In this document: positions 1 to 8,352 of the stretch, in pieces
Layout of the letters: every line of letters begins with the position of its first letter
Numbering within the stretch: the first letter of the stretch is position 1
Assembly (NCBI GenBank): GCA_965203515.1
Contig: OZ241907.1
Coordinates: 1,984,001 to 2,048,000 of the forward strand
DNA: 64,000 nt
Direction: 5' to 3'
Source of the DNA: Spirochaetia bacterium
GTDB taxonomy: Bacteria; Spirochaetota; Spirochaetia; SZUA-6; Bin103
Notes under the pieces: generated by a model
Database searches by the model: none
Told to the model about the DNA's origin: nothing
The model's input: the letters and a program-made list of their open reading frames with translations, nothing else
Translations under genes and position numbers: made by a program

Positions 1-227
1 AGCACGCCGATCCGGTCCAGGATCTCCTGCGGGTCCAGGGTGTCGAAGCAGCGCCGGTAGCGCGGCTCCTGCTCCAGGTTGATCGAGGCGAAGTCGGCGA
101 ACGTCCGTTCGGCAAGGGCCGTGACCGCGTAGGTCTTGCCGACCTGCCGGGCGCCCCGGATCAGCAGCGGACGGCGGCCGTCGCCCTCTGCCCAATCGTC
201 CAGCACGGCGTCCACCTCTCGTTGCAC
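1..227 (-). CDS. AAA family ATPase (AAA_14/DUF4143-type), N-terminal part; runs off window edge
   Basis: Manual minus-strand translation MQREVDAVLDDWAEGDGRRPLLIRGARQVGKT contains the Walker A motif GARQVGKT; alternative in-frame ATG at 257. Confidence 0.8.
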   Translation of the reverse strand, partial: MQREVDAVLDDWAEGDGRRPLLIRGARQVGKTYAVTALAERTFADFASINLEQEPRYRRCFDTLDPQEILDRIGV

Positions 228-404
228 AGCAGTCTTACCGGGTCGCCGGCTCACCATACCGTGGAGGATGGCTGAAATCAAGGGCTATCGTAGCCACTCG
301 ATGGCTTTAGTAGGGTGGTATCTTCGCCATTTGCGGGACCGTCGCGGCTGCCGTCGTGACGTCGACGGGCGATCTGCGATAATGGTTCCAGGAGGTGTAC
401 GGCA

Positions 405-1168
405 TGAGCATTGCGGATGAGCAGGTGGCGGCGTACCGCCACGACGGCTTCACGGTGGTGGAGGACATCCTGACGGCGGACGAGTTGCGGCGGACGCGCG
501 AGCACATCGAAGGGATCGCCGAGGGGCGGATCCCGTTCCCGGAGGCCGGCCTGGAGTACGAACCGGGCGCGCGGGACAAGGGCCGGTCCCTGGACACGCT
601 GCGCAAGATCAACGGCGCGGCGCCGCACGATCCGTTCTTCCTGGCATTCGCGCGCCATCCCGGCCTCCTGCAGGTGGCGACCGCGCTGCTCGGCCCCGAC
701 GTCAAGCTGTTCGGCGACCAGACCTTCATGAAGCCGCCCGGCGGCGTGGAGAAGCCGTATCATCAGGATTCCGCATACTTCACGATCGAACCGACCGATC
801 TGGTCACCGCCTGGGTGGCGCTGGACGAGGTCACGCTGGAGAACGGCTGCCTGTGGGTCATCCCCGGCAGCCACCGGCAGGGCATCCGCGACCACAGCCA
901 GGCGTGGGTAGTGGGCGACCGCACGGACAAGCAGGTGCCGGACGAGGCGATCGACCTGGCGCGCGAGGTACCGATCACGCTCAGCGCCGGCAGCGCCTCG
1001 TTCCATCACAGCGTGCTCCTGCACCGTTCGGGGCCGAACCGCACGCCGCACCGGCGCCGCGGCCTGGCCGTGCACTACATGAGCGCGCGCTCGCGCTGGA
1101 CCGGACCGCCGGAGGAGAAACCGGACTATCCCCTGCTCCACGGCGCGTCCCACCCCGGCTGCGTGTAG
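405..1168 (+). CDS. Phytanoyl-CoA dioxygenase (PhyH) family Fe(II)/2OG dioxygenase
   Basis: HQD motif, WVALDEVTLENGCLWVIPGSH, distal LLHRSGPN; GGAGG RBS upstream. Confidence 0.9.
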
Positions 1169-1257
1169 CGCTGCGACAAGAAGCGTCACGTCGACTGCAA
1201 CTCGGATCGACCATGTTCCAGCCCGATGCTCGACCGAAGGCGCTCAACTCCGGCGGG

Positions 1258-1752
1258 TCAGGCAGTAGCCTCGCGGGCGGTCTTCAGCGCTGCGCGCTCG
1301 TCGGCAGTCTCGGCCGGTACCAGGCCGGGCAACGTTCCGAGCCTGCGACAGCACGGGAAGCACTGCGCTACGTCTCCACAGACCAGAGCGTACCGTTCCG
1401 GAGCGCGGCGCCCGCACTCGCAGCACACGTGCAGCGTGGCGCCACGCTCGGCACGGCGGCGCTCGTCTTCGGCACGGTGCCGCGCAAGCTCCTGAGGAGA
1501 GCTGCTGAACGCGACGTTGATGGCCTGGGCCAAGCTGCATCCCGGGCCGTAGTTCCCGCGCTGTCCCCGCTTGCCGTAGGCGTTCTCTTGCAGCACGCTG
1601 AATCGTATATCGGCAAGCGCCGCCGAGTAGTGCTGCTCCTGCTCCCCGGATGTCAAGGAGTTCCAGTACTCGATCTCGGCGGCCGTCAGATCGAACCGCG
1701 CGCGGAGGGACTCGGTCACTTTGGGTGTCGGTCGAGTCGCAGCGTTTCCCAT
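1258..1752 (-). CDS. Hypothetical protein with C-terminal CxxC...CxxC (possible zinc finger)
   Basis: 164-aa ORF filling the gap between genes; CCECG...CFPCC motifs. Confidence 0.45.
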   Translation of the reverse strand: MGNAATRPTPKVTESLRARFDLTAAEIEYWNSLTSGEQEQHYSAALADIRFSVLQENAYGKRGQRGNYGPGCSLAQAINVAFSSSPQELARHRAEDERRRAERGATLHVCCECGRRAPERYALVCGDVAQCFPCCRRLGTLPGLVPAETADERAALKTAREATA

Positions 1753-1833
1753 ATCCGGATTGTATCACAGACAGAGCGCGTTGGGACCCCACGGCTTGCA
1801 GCATGATCTGATCGATCCGGTAACTACGATAAG

Positions 1834-2766
1834 ATGACGCTGGACGAGTTTCGTCAGAAGCTGACCAATCTCAACGTCTGGAAGCAGGGCAGGCAACGCG
1901 CTCCCCACAAGCCGTTGCTGCTGCTGTTGGCGATGGGACGGGCCGCTCAAGGAGCAGAACGCCTCGCCCCGTTCAACGAGATCGAGGAGACGCTTACCGG
2001 CCTGCTCCGGCACTTCGGGCCGCCGCGACAGACGCACCACCCCGAGTTTCCGTTCGGCCGCCTGGTTACGGATGGGCTGTGGGAGATCCCCGGAGCCGAT
2101 TCGCTGCGCCGGACCAGAAGCGGCGATCTGTACAAGACCGAGCTGCAAGAGCGCGGCATCACCGGCGGCCTGCCTGAGCCGCTGTACCGGCTGCTTGCCG
2201 CCGATCCTGCGAGCGCACGGGCGGCGGCACACTGGATCGTGGACGAGCATTTCCCCGTTTCGATGCACCAGCACGTCCTGGAGACCGTAGGGCTGGCGGG
2301 CGCGGTGGAGGAGGAAGAGAAATCCAGACTTCGTCGTGATCCCCATTTCCGCGACTTGGTGCTGACCGCATACGAGCGCCGGTGCGCGATCTGCGGCTTC
2401 GACCTGCGGCTCAAGGACGACCTGATGGGCCTCGAAGCCGCGCACATCCAGTGGCACTCCCACGGCGGTCCGGATCGCGTCACCAACGGACTGGCGCTGT
2501 GCACGTTCCACCACGGAGCGTTCGATCGTGGGGCGGTCGGTTTGGAAAGAGTAGCCGGCGGAGCCGGATACCGGTCGCTGGTATCGGAGGAGATCAATGG
2601 TGCGAGCGCGGCGATTCGCTGGCTTCTGGACTACCATGGCCAGCCCGTGCGTCCTCCTCAGAACGACGCCGGTGAGCCTCATGAGAAGTACGTGAAGTGG
2701 CACAGCGAAGAGGTATTTCGGGCGCCGGCACGGAAACTCCCGCCCGTGGAAGTCCGCCGGCGATGA
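1834..2766 (+). CDS. HNH endonuclease with N-terminal sulfur-binding-like domain (phosphorothioate-dependent type IV restriction candidate)
   Basis: RAPHKPLLLL and HPEFPFGRL N-terminal motifs; C-terminal CAICG...EAAHI...NGLALCTFHH HNH. Confidence 0.8.
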   Translation: MTLDEFRQKLTNLNVWKQGRQRAPHKPLLLLLAMGRAAQGAERLAPFNEIEETLTGLLRHFGPPRQTHHPEFPFGRLVTDGLWEIPGADSLRRTRSGDLYKTELQERGITGGLPEPLYRLLAADPASARAAAHWIVDEHFPVSMHQHVLETVGLAGAVEEEEKSRLRRDPHFRDLVLTAYERRCAICGFDLRLKDDLMGLEAAHIQWHSHGGPDRVTNGLALCTFHHGAFDRGAVGLERVAGGAGYRSLVSEEINGASAAIRWLLDYHGQPVRPPQNDAGEPHEKYVKWHSEEVFRAPARKLPPVEVRRR

Positions 2767-2810
2767 CCGGCACGTCGGGAGGCGTCCGCCATCAGCCCGC
2801 CGCCCCTTGC

Positions 2811-2880
2811 TGCCAACCCACGCCCGCTTGTGGCATCGTCCCGCCGTTGCGACACTGGGGCTTCTCATCTTGATTGTCGC
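2811..2880. repeat. Copy 1 of ~70-bp intergenic direct repeat with internal dyads
   Basis: tgccaacccacgcccgcttgtggcatcgtcccgccgttgcgacac...tgattgtcgc matches 5290-5357. Confidence 0.9.
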
Positions 2881-2959
2881 TCGGTTCGTCCTGATTGTCG
2901 CTACCCAGGCCGCCCGAAGCTACCTACGTTTGGGAAGTGCGCCCGAAGTGGGGTGAGGG

Positions 2960-3000
2960 TTGACGCTGCTTGCGCTATCGGTATACGCTATCGGTATCAT
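2960..3000 (+). promoter_or_regulatory. Putative sigma70 promoter overlapping a tandem repeat (cgctatcggtat x2)
   Basis: TTGACG at 2960, TATACG at 2982, TATCAT at 2995; 13-bp period repeat 2973-2998. Confidence 0.4.
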
Positions 3001-3186
3001 CCCCGGACCATCAGGGAGGAAGAGGGAAGCGTTGACCGAGTTCATCGAGAGCGAACGGCTGCAGAACCTGAACAGGGCCGCCTCTCTAGAAAGCATGGGA
3101 CACGGTTCCTCATCTCCACGAATCCCCTGTACCGCTGCCACAGTCCTTATGATGCCCATGCTCCGGCCGGATTACGGGGTCCACCG

Positions 3187-3702
3187 ATGCCTGGTGCGAT
3201 AGGATTGACGACCTCAGCGTTGGACGAATTCCGCGGTCACTATCAACCACGTGAACCAAAGAAGATCGACCATCCTCATGAGTCGAAAGAGATCGAATCC
3301 AAGGATGGCTTGGCATTTCTGCGACAGGCTCCGGCCTCGGGCGTGAAATTCGGTAATCCTCAGAAACCCGAAGATTCTGTCCGCAATACTTACCTATGGG
3401 TGATCGACTATCGCGGGATACCCTATCTTATCGAGAGTCCTATGGCTATTCTCGACTTTCATTGTCCAAAACATACCAATATAACCGGTGGCAAGTCAGC
3501 TTACATCGGCGGCGAACTCTGGTTCTCTGACGTCAACCGTATATTTGTATCCGGTGGTTCCGGGCGCTTTCCCCCATTGAACGAACGGCAACTCGATGAC
3601 GCAATAGGCGTATTTTCATCCTTCAAATATATCGTAAAGTCACTGGGATGGAATCGTGAGACGGGCCGTGCAAGGCGAGTTCTGGAGTCGTGGAATGAGT
3701 AA
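3187..3702 (+). CDS. Hypothetical toxin-like protein (H-x3-TGG...GGE...SGR motif)
   Basis: YLWVID...KHTNITGGKSAYIGGELWF...SGGSGRFP; AT-richer codons; overlaps the next start by 8 nt; start uncertain. Confidence 0.65.
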   Translation: MPGAIGLTTSALDEFRGHYQPREPKKIDHPHESKEIESKDGLAFLRQAPASGVKFGNPQKPEDSVRNTYLWVIDYRGIPYLIESPMAILDFHCPKHTNITGGKSAYIGGELWFSDVNRIFVSGGSGRFPPLNERQLDDAIGVFSSFKYIVKSLGWNRETGRARRVLESWNE

Positions 3703-5125
3703 CGTAGCAGCCGTATTCGGACCCAAGCTGGGTCACTTGAGCGCGACACAGGCTGCGCTCGAATCGAACCTCCTGTTCGTAAGAGGAAGGAATGAACTCG
3801 GGGTGTTCGATGCATCCCGATGTCCGACCGGACATGTTTTGACCGCGTGGGAAGCATACCAAGCGTATGGGATGCGCATACTCGAAGAGGCGGTAGAATA
3901 CGGAAGCGCAATCTTGATTCGTTCCGGCGGCAGCATGGAGCCGACCATACGCAGTCGCATCGAACAGCTTGGCTTGACCGACTCCGCCGTTGCCCGTGAG
4001 AGCGACCTTGCCCTCGAGGTCGTGAAGCGAGCCGGTCATCGAAGCGTTGACAATGAAACCGGTCATCTGGAACGTATCGGGTTCATCCTGGGCCTTGACG
4101 AGCTACGGCTCGGATACCGGCCAACCGGTGAAGCGGATGCAGGCTTGGCCGTCCGCCTCAAGACATTGCGACCTCCGACAGCTACCGGTGCGGTCGGTCT
4201 GAGTCCGACCGCGGTACTCAAGTTCGCTCATTCCGCTTCCGTGATCCGAACGCAGCACCGGCTGCAGCGCTGGCTCGGGATGGAGGACGGCATTGGGTGG
4301 TTTGACCCGACTGACGACTACGGCACGGCGATTTCTCCAGCATACAAGGTCGGATACAATCTCGCCGAACGTGCACGACAGCGTCTGAACATCGGCGACA
4401 GACCGATCGTCTCTATGAAAGAACTGGTGGAGAAGACTCTCGGAATCCCGGTGATTCAGACGAGACTGTCCGCCAACATCGCCGGGGCGACCATTGCCGT
4501 GAGCAATGACGAACACGGGGAAGCCCGGGGAATCGTTCTCAACACGATCGGCGCGAACTCCAATGTTTGGGTGCGGCGAGCTACGCTCGCTCATGAACTT
4601 GGGCATCTGTTGTTCGATCCCATACAGTACCTGGAGCATGTGCGCGTAGACACGTATCAGGCGAATGAAGTTGATCCTCAGGTCACTGCGACGGATTACG
4701 TGGAGCAACGAGCGAATGCTTTCGCAATCGCCTTTCTCGCTCCCCGGAATGCTGTGCGTAACATGGTCCTGACCGGCCGTCGAACGGATCCTATACGAGA
4801 GGTCATGGAGACCTTCGGAATCAGCCATACGGCCGCCTGCTATCACATCAGGAACTCTTGTTATGGTCGCTATGAATTGACGGAGGATCGGTCACTTGAT
4901 GCGGTGCCTTCCGATGAGCAAAAGGCAGCGGAAGACTCCACACTCGACTACTTTCCCATCCGCACCACACCGGATATACGACGCGGCACGTTTTCTGAAG
5001 TCGTGACAGATTGCTATGATAAGCGCTACCTTTCAGACCACTCGGCAGCCCAGTATATGAACTGCAGCAAGTCCGACTTTAAGGATAATATAGAAGCAAT
5101 TCGCGATCTATATGGACTAAATTAG
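3695..5125 (+). CDS. XRE-HTH + ImmA/IrrE family metallo-endopeptidase
   Basis: RRATLAHELGHLL (HExxH), EQRANAFA motif, HTH-like IRSRIEQLGLTDSAVARESDL. Confidence 0.85.
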   Translation: MSNVAAVFGPKLGHLSATQAALESNLLFVRGRNELGVFDASRCPTGHVLTAWEAYQAYGMRILEEAVEYGSAILIRSGGSMEPTIRSRIEQLGLTDSAVARESDLALEVVKRAGHRSVDNETGHLERIGFILGLDELRLGYRPTGEADAGLAVRLKTLRPPTATGAVGLSPTAVLKFAHSASVIRTQHRLQRWLGMEDGIGWFDPTDDYGTAISPAYKVGYNLAERARQRLNIGDRPIVSMKELVEKTLGIPVIQTRLSANIAGATIAVSNDEHGEARGIVLNTIGANSNVWVRRATLAHELGHLLFDPIQYLEHVRVDTYQANEVDPQVTATDYVEQRANAFAIAFLAPRNAVRNMVLTGRRTDPIREVMETFGISHTAACYHIRNSCYGRYELTEDRSLDAVPSDEQKAAEDSTLDYFPIRTTPDIRRGTFSEVVTDCYDKRYLSDHSAAQYMNCSKSDFKDNIEAIRDLYGLN

Positions 5126-5289
5126 AGCTATGATCGACGGGAACTATTGCTGGTAAAGGTGCGAATGTCGGCGTCCGGCGTTCGCCAACGCGCACCGCGT
5201 TACTTACGAGCGCCATCAGGCCTCCCGGCGCCGATCTGACCGGTTCTATGGGACCCTCGACGACGCCTCCTGTCGCTGTTTCCCGTGCT

Positions 5290-5357
5290 TGCCAACCCAC
5301 GACCGCTTATGGCATCGTCCTGCCGTTGCGACACTCGGTTCTCATCCTGATTGTCGC
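5290..5357. repeat. Copy 2 of ~70-bp intergenic direct repeat
   Basis: tgccaacccacgaccgcttatggcatcgtcctgccgttgcgacactcggttctcatcctgattgtcgc. Confidence 0.9.
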
Positions 5358-5451
5358 GCGCTACAGGATCGAGAGAGATTCATAGGTGCCATGGTGCCCA
5401 TTGTGTCGAATCGCTTCTTGGCGTGAGCAGCCGTAGGAGAGAGCAGGGAGA

Positions 5452-6177
5452 ATGCTGAACGTTCTACATCTCGGAGCGAACCGGACGCACGCGACCGTGA
5501 GCCGGGGTTCCGGCTTGCCAGCGGACGCGAAGTATCCCAGCACGCCGTATTGGCCCTGGTCTCCGACGATTGGCCGCGGCGACGACGTGCACATGAACCC
5601 GGAGCGGTTCGTCGGCGCGGAGATCGTCGTGACCGAGAAGCTGGACGGCGGCAACACGCTGCTGCATGCCGGCGCGGTCTACGCGCGCAGCGTGGCCGCC
5701 CCGTCGACCGGCAAGTGGATGGCGATGATGAAGAAGCACCACGCCTGGAAGGTAACCGAACCCGGCGTCTTCCTGTACGGCGAGGACATCTACGGCGTGC
5801 ACAGCATCGAGTACGGACCGGTCGCGGAGCAAGCGACGTTCTACGCTTTCGCGTTGCGCAGCGGCGACGGCGCGTTCGCCGCCTTTGCCGATCTCGAAGC
5901 GTACGTGCGGCAGCGTGATATTCCGCTGGTGCCGGTGCTGTTCAAGGGGCGCTTTCGTTCGGTTGCCGAGCTGCGCGCGTTCCTGGAGCAGGCCCATGCC
6001 GAGCCGTCCGCCCTCGGGGGAGAGCGGGAAGGGGTCGTAGTGCGGCTGGTGCGCAGGTTTCCGGCGGCGGAGTTTCAGGCCAACGTCTGCAAGAGCGTCC
6101 GGTCCGGCCACGTGCAGAGCGACCAGCACTGGACCCGCAACTGGAGACCCTGCCCGATCTCTCGCTCCGAGACTTGA
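5452..6177 (+). CDS. RNA ligase family protein (Rnl2-like nucleotidyltransferase domain)
   Basis: KYPSTP, motif I TEKLDG, YGE, EGVVVR, CKSVR. Confidence 0.85.
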   Translation: MLNVLHLGANRTHATVSRGSGLPADAKYPSTPYWPWSPTIGRGDDVHMNPERFVGAEIVVTEKLDGGNTLLHAGAVYARSVAAPSTGKWMAMMKKHHAWKVTEPGVFLYGEDIYGVHSIEYGPVAEQATFYAFALRSGDGAFAAFADLEAYVRQRDIPLVPVLFKGRFRSVAELRAFLEQAHAEPSALGGEREGVVVRLVRRFPAAEFQANVCKSVRSGHVQSDQHWTRNWRPCPISRSET

Positions 6178-6323
6178 CGCCGGATCAGCATGGCGCTACG
6201 GTCGTCGCCGGTCCCATGCCCGACGATCACGCCGCGGACCAACCGCAGTCCGCGAGGCCGTGACGACTGGCACGGCCGCGAGACCGAGCTGCTGTTCACG
6301 GTCGAACGCGAGGAGAAGATGTA

Positions 6324-6869
6324 ATGACTTACGTGCACCGGATGATCGAGCGGGGCATCCAGGAAGGCATCCGGAAGGCCCGCCGGGAAGCTGAGCTGAC
6401 CCGCCGGGAAAACGAACTGAAGGGTAAGTTGCAAATCATCCAAGGGTTCCTGGGACGCGCGGTACCGTGGGCGACCATTGAGGCGGCCACCGGCATCGAT
6501 GAGGCTACCTTCGGGCGCCTCAAGCAACAGTTCGACGAAGCGCTGGCCGTAGATCATGGCGATGTCGATCGGGCGGACGATGATGCCGGCCCGCTTGGTT
6601 CGGCGACGGTATCTGCCGCTGCGGCACTCGTGATCGACTTGCCATCGGATCTTCCAACGCCGGATGTGTGCGCGACGCCGAAAGGCGAGATCGACCTGAC
6701 GTGGTTTGTTCCGGGCGGGACCGTATCTCTGAGCATAGGTCCCGACGGAAGAGACGTAGTGCTGACCGCAACGCTTGACGACGGTAGAGAGTATAGCGGA
6801 CGTGAGCCGTGGCGAGGGAATATACCGGCGACGATGAAATGTTGCCTTCGAGACATCTGCATTGAATAG
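6324..6869 (+). CDS. Hypothetical protein: Rpn/YhgA-like C-terminal tail fused to an unrelated domain
   Basis: MTYVHRMIERGIQEG...WATIEAATGI; AGGAG RBS at 6311; second half PTPDVCATPKGEIDLTW. Confidence 0.55.
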   Translation: MTYVHRMIERGIQEGIRKARREAELTRRENELKGKLQIIQGFLGRAVPWATIEAATGIDEATFGRLKQQFDEALAVDHGDVDRADDDAGPLGSATVSAAAALVIDLPSDLPTPDVCATPKGEIDLTWFVPGGTVSLSIGPDGRDVVLTATLDDGREYSGREPWRGNIPATMKCCLRDICIE

Positions 6870-6936
6870 CAAACGGAACGATCTCACCTGATGAAACGAT
6901 TACGGCATCGGCCGGAAGCTCTCGTGCAGCGCAAAT

Positions 6937-7320
6937 CTACAGAACTGAGAATCCTTCGATCTGTGCGGCTTGCGAGAGGCGACCGTCGCTGACTACCACT
7001 CCAGGGTGGCGGGCTCTCCTCTGGCAGCGGTCAAGGCGGCCGCCAGTTGCATCACATCCGCGGCCCCAGCCGCAGAGTATCTCAGCGCCCGGTCCTTCGT
7101 TCCGCTACGACGAGTTCGCTGACGCTCAGGCCGTTCGGAAGACGAGGCCGAGGCGTGGCAAGAAATCGATCGACGTCGAGTGGCGCTTCCGGCGGATCGG
7201 CCAACCCGTTGCGTACAAGTTCCAGCGCCGCTTGGTCGTCTGTCAGTCCCGGATCGCAACGCGTGATCTTTGGTTGCCGGCCGGCTCCGTTGCATGATGA
7301 CTACCGTCTCACCCTATAGC
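6937..7320 (-). pseudogene. Degraded Phd/YefM-type antitoxin + VapC (PIN) toxin pair
   Basis: Frameshifted fragments GETVVIM.RSRP, ...VSELVVAERRTGR*, then AADVMQLAAALTAA and VSDGRLSQAAQIEGFSVL* (PIN C-terminus). Confidence 0.65.
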
Positions 7321-7347
7321 CGATGCACCGGAAATGTCAACGGCGCG

Positions 7348-8274
7348 TCAGGACGGCAGGTAGCTGACCGGCAACTCGGCGCCCACGGTCGCCAGGCCCA
7401 GCGTGTACTGGTAGACGTTGATGCGGAAGTCGGGGTTGACGCAGGTGTGCAGGTAGGCCCGTTCGGCGCTCACGCCGTAGTCGTCGACCAGCCAGCGCAT
7501 CAGGTCCTCGACCGCCTGGTCGACCAGCACGGCCAGCGGCGCGCCGGTGCGCAGGGCGACGATCGAGTCCCGCTTCAGCAGCCGGATGCCGGGGATGCGC
7601 TTGCCCGCGATCACCCGGCAGCGCGCCTGCACCACCGCCCGCGTCTCGTCGGCGGTGCCGTAGTACTCGGTGTCCGCCTGGCTGGCGTGCACGTCGCCCA
7701 GGAACAGCAGCGCGCCCGGGTGGTACACGTTGATCTGCACGCGCGTCCCCACCGTGACGTCGCGCGAGTCGAGGTTGCCGCCGGAGACAGTCTGGCCGGT
7801 CGAGGTGTTGAGCGCCTCCCGCTCCGGGGCGACGCCGATGCAGCCGACCATCGGCCGGGTCGGCCACAGCCGCTCGCCGTCGAGGAAGGTGGCGCCGTCG
7901 CGGTGCTCGAACACGCGCACCGTCCACCGGTTCAGCTCCGGCCAGCGGAAGTCGTCGCCGATCTTCGTGCGGTCCGGGCCCCAGTTGGTATAGCCGGTCG
8001 GCTGCAGGTCGATCGCCTCGATCTCCACCTCCAGCAGATCGCCCGGCCGCGCGCCGGCCACCGCGATGGGACCGCCCACCGGATTGCTCTTCGGCGGCGT
8101 GGAGCGGCGGGTCGGCAGCGACGGGATGCGGTCGGCCATCGCCGGGGAGGTGATCAGTCCGGAGCCGGCGTCCTCGGTCTCCACCTGAAAGCTCTCGCCC
8201 TGCTCTACCGTGATGAGCGGCTCGCCCGCGGTGAACTCGTAGCGCATCGCCTGCGCTCGCCTGATCCTCTGCAT
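7348..8274 (-). CDS. Acetamidase/formamidase family protein
   Basis: NPVGGPIAVAGARPGDLLEVEI, PMVGCIGVAP, GGNLD, LGDVHASQAD. Confidence 0.9.
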   Translation of the reverse strand: MQRIRRAQAMRYEFTAGEPLITVEQGESFQVETEDAGSGLITSPAMADRIPSLPTRRSTPPKSNPVGGPIAVAGARPGDLLEVEIEAIDLQPTGYTNWGPDRTKIGDDFRWPELNRWTVRVFEHRDGATFLDGERLWPTRPMVGCIGVAPEREALNTSTGQTVSGGNLDSRDVTVGTRVQINVYHPGALLFLGDVHASQADTEYYGTADETRAVVQARCRVIAGKRIPGIRLLKRDSIVALRTGAPLAVLVDQAVEDLMRWLVDDYGVSAERAYLHTCVNPDFRINVYQYTLGLATVGAELPVSYLPS

Positions 8275-8352
8275 GGCCGCCCACGATAGCAGCTTCGCGC
8301 CCGACCGACCGGGCGGTTGAGCGGCGGCGCCGCCGGCCCTATGCTGGCGCGC

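Noticed and set aside
2960..3202. 80-aa ORF upstream of the toxin-like gene
   Set aside because: No recognisable motif and it begins inside the putative promoter; it may be a remnant but cannot be supported
2811..5357. Canonical integron attC sites
   Set aside because: AAC and GTT cores are only ~40 bp apart, they match RYYYAAC/GTTRRRY poorly, and no integrase is present; kept only as an unexplained repeat
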